Positions 59,409 through 64,000 of a DNA stretch of 64,000 nucleotides are shown here, piece by piece. The notes under the pieces are model-generated. The model had not been told where the DNA came from. It ran no database searches and saw only the letters and a program-made list of their open reading frames with translations. A program made the position numbers and the translations under genes. Origin of the DNA: the human T2T-CHM13v2.0 reference genome, Homo sapiens; assembly GCF_009914755.1 (NCBI RefSeq), contig NC_060927.1. One strand, written 5' to 3'. The stretch's first letter is position 1. Each line of letters starts with the position of its first letter.

Positions 59409-62400
59409 GATGCTCAGGGCTCAGGGCTAATGTGGACTCCTGGCTGCTTCTCTATCTGTGTGACAATTCCTCCAGGAAAGGGCCCAGCTAATATTCAATC
59501 CAGGAAGCTTTCGAATTCTTGTGGTTATGCTAGAAATATGACTTGGCGGGCATGACTTTTCTAGGTGAATAAGCATTCTAACTGCACAGCGTTAAGTACA
59601 TTGTGAATTTATGACATTTGGACCGATTCCTGATCCCCAACATGTGAAGTCTCCTCCTGGCCGCAGGCTGTGGCTCTTTCAGTTGATGCACATACTCTCT
59701 GCTGTCCTGTTCTCCAGCTGATGAAGTGGTTCAGTCCACACTCATGGAGATCCTTATGGACATCTTCCTTTTTCTGTACTAGAAGTTCCTAAAAGTGGTA
59801 AGAGGCTTAAAATTGCACTCCAGCTATAATATTCAAAATTAAAAAGACACCTGGTCATCTATCAGGAAACTATGCTTGCATGATTACTAACTCTGATTCT
59901 TGTAGTGTCTAACTTCTTCTCTGGATAAAACTGAGGCATCTTTCAGATCCCCAGATTTATTGATCTTTAATGCTTGCTCAAGTACTTACCAAAATATTAT
60001 TGTTCCTTCAGCCACTCAATAAATACTTGATGAGTAACTAAGAAGTATCCTAATGCCATGACAGCTTCCAAACTTGCCTAAATTATAACCATGGAGGAGC
60101 TTATGTACTCAGAGAAAGTGGTTTAACTGTCATTCAGTGGAGGAAAAATGTTTTAATACTTTATACATTGAATTAAACCTGTTCTTAAAGAACCAAAACT
60201 CGCCAAACTACCTAAAAACTCAGGATGGGAGATGAATAGAAGTAGCAAATGAACTGCCTGCCCTGGTAACCCACAGCGTTTTGCCATGTGATTCTAAACA
60301 AACTGACAGTGGGTCTGTTCCAACACCATGTGCTCCCCTGTTCTGGAATGTAGTGAAGGGAAAATCTGAAAGGAAAGCCAATCTTGGCAAAACCTCTTTT
60401 GTTCTCTCACATATTCCAAAGATGTGAGGCTCAGGGAGCACTCAAGTCCCCAGTCCTGGGCATGACTAAACCTGACTTTTACAAACTTCACAACAATTTC
60501 CCTTCTGTTTCCAACAGTGTGTGCAGCACTGAGAACACAGAACCTACCCAAACTGCAAAAACAAGAAAGTACATGTTTTCCATCAGGACCAGCTTCTTCA
60601 GTAATAATTGGTTATTTCTTTCTGATATTCTTAAAGCCCGTTCTCTTTCTATTAGCATGTATGAGGTTTTTGGTAGGAAAAAAAATATTTCCCTATGCAG
60701 CATTCATCCATACAACTTTTTAATTCTTTCTGTCATTTGTTTTCATTTTTTATGTGATTTACATCCTAACTAGTATATTGTCTACCCCCACAGGAGTTCA
60801 TATATCTATATACAGTCCATTACCTTTGACCAGTGAGGATCAAAAGGACTTTTATATACTTTCCTGATAATTAGCAAAAGAATGGGTGAGGAAATGTAAG
60901 ATATAATGGTAACCACCCTAGTACCTAGCGATTCTTGTTACTATTTATTACTTATTATTGTGATGTATGCAGTGAATTGTTTGTAGATTTAACAGTTTTT
61001 ACCCCTGTTCCTCAGTGCAGTGAATTTAGGTTTGGATTGCTCACAGTAATTTTTGCAAAACTGAGACTTTCTTAGAAAATATTGTTAAGGGGTTATCTTG
61101 TATCCAGAGTTCATCAGTCATGGCCACTTGGCTAAACAATCTTGACATTTGTAATGACCTGAGAAAAAGCCCGAACAAACTTTACACCTCACAGAAATTA
61201 AAGGGGAAGGACCTAACATAAATGTTACCCAAAAAGCCTGGTAAAGTGCTTTTCTCAGCAGGGTGATCAGAACAGAGGAACTGCAGGATATCTGAAGATC
61301 AATTAAGAAACACCATCCCTGTTCCAACTGAGCAAAGTCATAACAGTGTTCTGCTTACATATGCAAGGAAAGGAATCTGAAAGGAAAGGCGACTCTCTGA
61401 AAGACGACTTTCAGAGAGGTATGCTCTTTACAGTCACCGAAATGATGTCAAGAATTTTCACAGCCAGCCGTTCACCTGACAGATAGTGACCTTGAATGTG
61501 GAGAAGCAGACTGGGCCCAGCATGACGTGGAATTTGTAACAGTACTCATAAATGTCCATAAGTAAAATAGAAGTCACTCCAACCGTGGTAAACACTAATA
61601 AAGATAACTTTCACAATATTTTTTCACAAAACGCTGTATATCCAAAATGTTAAGATCCCCAGCCATGCTGCAAGATGATAAAGATCTTTATGTTTACATG
61701 GCCAAAACTGGGTGTGCAATTATATCATATGGCTCGTCTGAATGGAAGAGCCTCCTTATAAAGGGTGTTTCCACAACTCCCTTGAGAAGGATCAATTTCA
61801 TGATAGTAGAACTAGTGCCACTGTGTAGATACTGCTGAGATAATCCAGCTACAGAAACTAATAACAAATTCCCCATGGTATTCGAGAAGGAACTCCAAAT
61901 ATATAAAAGAAGGAAATGGTGTCAACCCATGAGAATCAAACTTTTTCTTCAATCCATTTAATTTTTTAAAAAAGGGAACAAAAAAAAGACACTGAAGCAA
62001 AGCCTGAACATCAGCTGTATACTTAGAGGATCCCACTGGTTATACCATCAACAAATAATGATGGTAAACAAGACTGAGGGAATGAGGTGTGCTCTGGTAA
62101 TGTGGCCCTTAGGTAGTAGACATTCTCAATGCACCAAATCTAGATTGTTCTCCTTGGAATCTGCAAAACCTGATCATGCCCAAGTACATCAACAGATACA
62201 GGACACTATATTGAACAAAAATATTTCTAATTCTGTGAAGAGCATTCCTAGTTAAGGAATGCTTCACTTGCAAATTCTTATTGTCCCTTAAATAAATTTC
62301 ATTCCTTTATAGAGACCTTGCTTTCTAGGATTCCAGATCTGCTCATGATGTAATGAATAGTAATTATAACACAGCATTTATAGTTTAAGATATAATTTTT

Positions 62401-62447
62401 CATAAATATTATCTCATTCAATATCTTTGAGGTTGGACTTACTGTTA

Positions 62448-62742
62448 ATTTTAATACAGAGATGGAGTCTCACTCCATCACCAGGCTAAAGTGCAGTGGC
62501 ATGACCATAACAAACTGCAATCTCAAAAGTCTGGGCTCAAGCAATCCTCCTGCCTTAGCCTCCCGAGTAGCTAGAACTACCTGCATGCACCACCACACCT
62601 GGATAATTTCTTTAAAAATTTTTTTGTAGAGACAGGGTCTCATGATGTTGCCCAGGCTTGTCTTGAATTCATGGCCTGAAGCAATCCTTCTGCCTTGCCC
62701 TCCTAAGGTGTTGAGATTATAGCATGAGCCACACTTCTGGCC
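62448..62742 (-). mobile_element. AluJo-like nested in an antisense MIR (~62350-62860)
   Basis: Antisense dimeric Alu, TSD-like ggactta[c/t]t[g/a]tta; MIR core 'cattgaggctcagaggggtaaat' downstream. Confidence 0.88.
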
Positions 62743-63718
62743 AGGACTTATTATTATTCCCAATTAAAAGATTAGGACATTGAGGCTCAGAGGGGTAAAT
62801 TTTCTTCCCCAATATGACACAGTCTATGAAGAAGCCCAGATTTGAATTCCTATCTTCCCAGACTTTTTTTTGCCTTTTTTCTATACCATATTGTCTCTGA
62901 CCAATGATGACATGGATCGGAAGGTTTAAAAAGGAACAAGTTAGAAGCAGCCATACAATGTTTCAAAACACAGGTGAAAGCAAAAGATATATAAAACCAT
63001 AGCTATGCAACTTGTATTTTCCTTTCACAAAAGGCAGCTACTACTGAGTCTTCATCACCTATAGGAAAGGCAATCCTTGACAGGTCTTTGTCTAAAGACA
63101 GTCTCCAAAATGTCAAGTAATGTTTACTTCAATTTTGAGCTAGCACATTAGCATAAATATAAATTTCTGTTTCTTACCACTGACATTTTATCTAATTATT
63201 TTGGAACTGAGCTTAGCCATAAAATACCAGCTGTCACAGAGCAACCTGTGTTTACTACTCATTTATTATGTCCCATAGAAGAAAGATTTGCACTCAGATT
63301 AACAAAGAAGCTTTGGGGGTTACTATGAAAGGCAAGAATTTCCAAAATAATTCTAATATCAAGCCTTGACAGTTTTTTCTATCATCAAGCTATTGTTAGA
63401 TCTTTTTTCCAAATATAAGCCTTTTTAGTATCTTTGGTTACTATGTAGGTTGCCCCTAGAGTTTAACTCAGTGCCCATGACTTCCTGCTTATAGGTAGAA
63501 TTGCTTGCTGATGCTACTAACTACTGCCATAAGTGCAGCCTTTTGTGAAGATTTATATAAGAAACACTATCCAACTCACCTTTGCAAGCTGATCAAATCA
63601 TTGGTTGACTTTTTCATATCTTAAGCTGGGTGTGGATGGAGGGATCTGGACGAAAAACTGATGGAAAAACTTAAGTTTTTACAAATAGTGAGCATTAACC
63701 ATCTATCCATAAAGGGTA

Positions 63719-63910
63719 CCTTCCCTCCAAGTCCCCAAAGTCCATTGTATCATTCTTATGCCCTTGTGTCCTCGTATCCTTGCTCCCACGTATCAGTGAG
63801 AACGTACGAGGTTTGGTTTTCCTTTCCTGAGTAACTTCACTTAGAATAACAGTCTCCAATCTCATCCAGGTTGCTACAAATGCCGTTAATTCATCCCATT
63901 TTATGGCTGA
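63719..63910 (-). mobile_element. L1PB 3' UTR internal fragment, no tail
   Basis: 'agtccccaaagtccattgtatcattcttatgcc..cctgagtaacttcacttagaataa'. Confidence 0.8.
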
Positions 63911-64000
63911 TAATCTCCTTACTTTTTATATGAGGAACTCAAAATTCAGAGAAGTAACTTGACCAAGATTACTTAGTTATTTTGGGGTTGATCTATGGCT

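Noticed and set aside
61754-61764. CArG-like ccttataaagg
   Set aside because: Seven A/T bases between CC and GG, not the canonical six.

Overview
Primate (most likely human) non-coding DNA, intergenic or deep intronic, dominated by interspersed repeats: L1PA/PB/M, Alu (J, S, Y), MIR, L2, L3, MaLR LTRs (THE1, MST, MLT1), MLT2, a decayed ~8 kb MER21A provirus and hAT DNA transposons (Charlie1, MER5A, MER33, MER53, MER58A). I find no intact protein-coding gene; the long ORFs are L1 ORF2 fragments or chance frames through repeats. Two retrocopies are recognisable: a disrupted ACTR3 (Arp3) processed pseudogene (~19.0-20.5 kb) and a U13/SNORD13 snoRNA copy (~57.8 kb). I see no evidence of a new multi-gene system. 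The most interesting signals are local rearrangement scars (a multi-switch inversion/templated insertion in the MER21A 5' LTR, a THE1 fragment apparently copied from a neighbouring LTR, a nested palindromic tandem repeat, an L1 hairpin-loop micro-inversion), an unexplained diverged ~160 bp direct repeat and a miR-1302-like MER53 hairpin. Repeat subfamily names come from recalled consensus sequences, not a database run, and boundaries of old elements are approximate.
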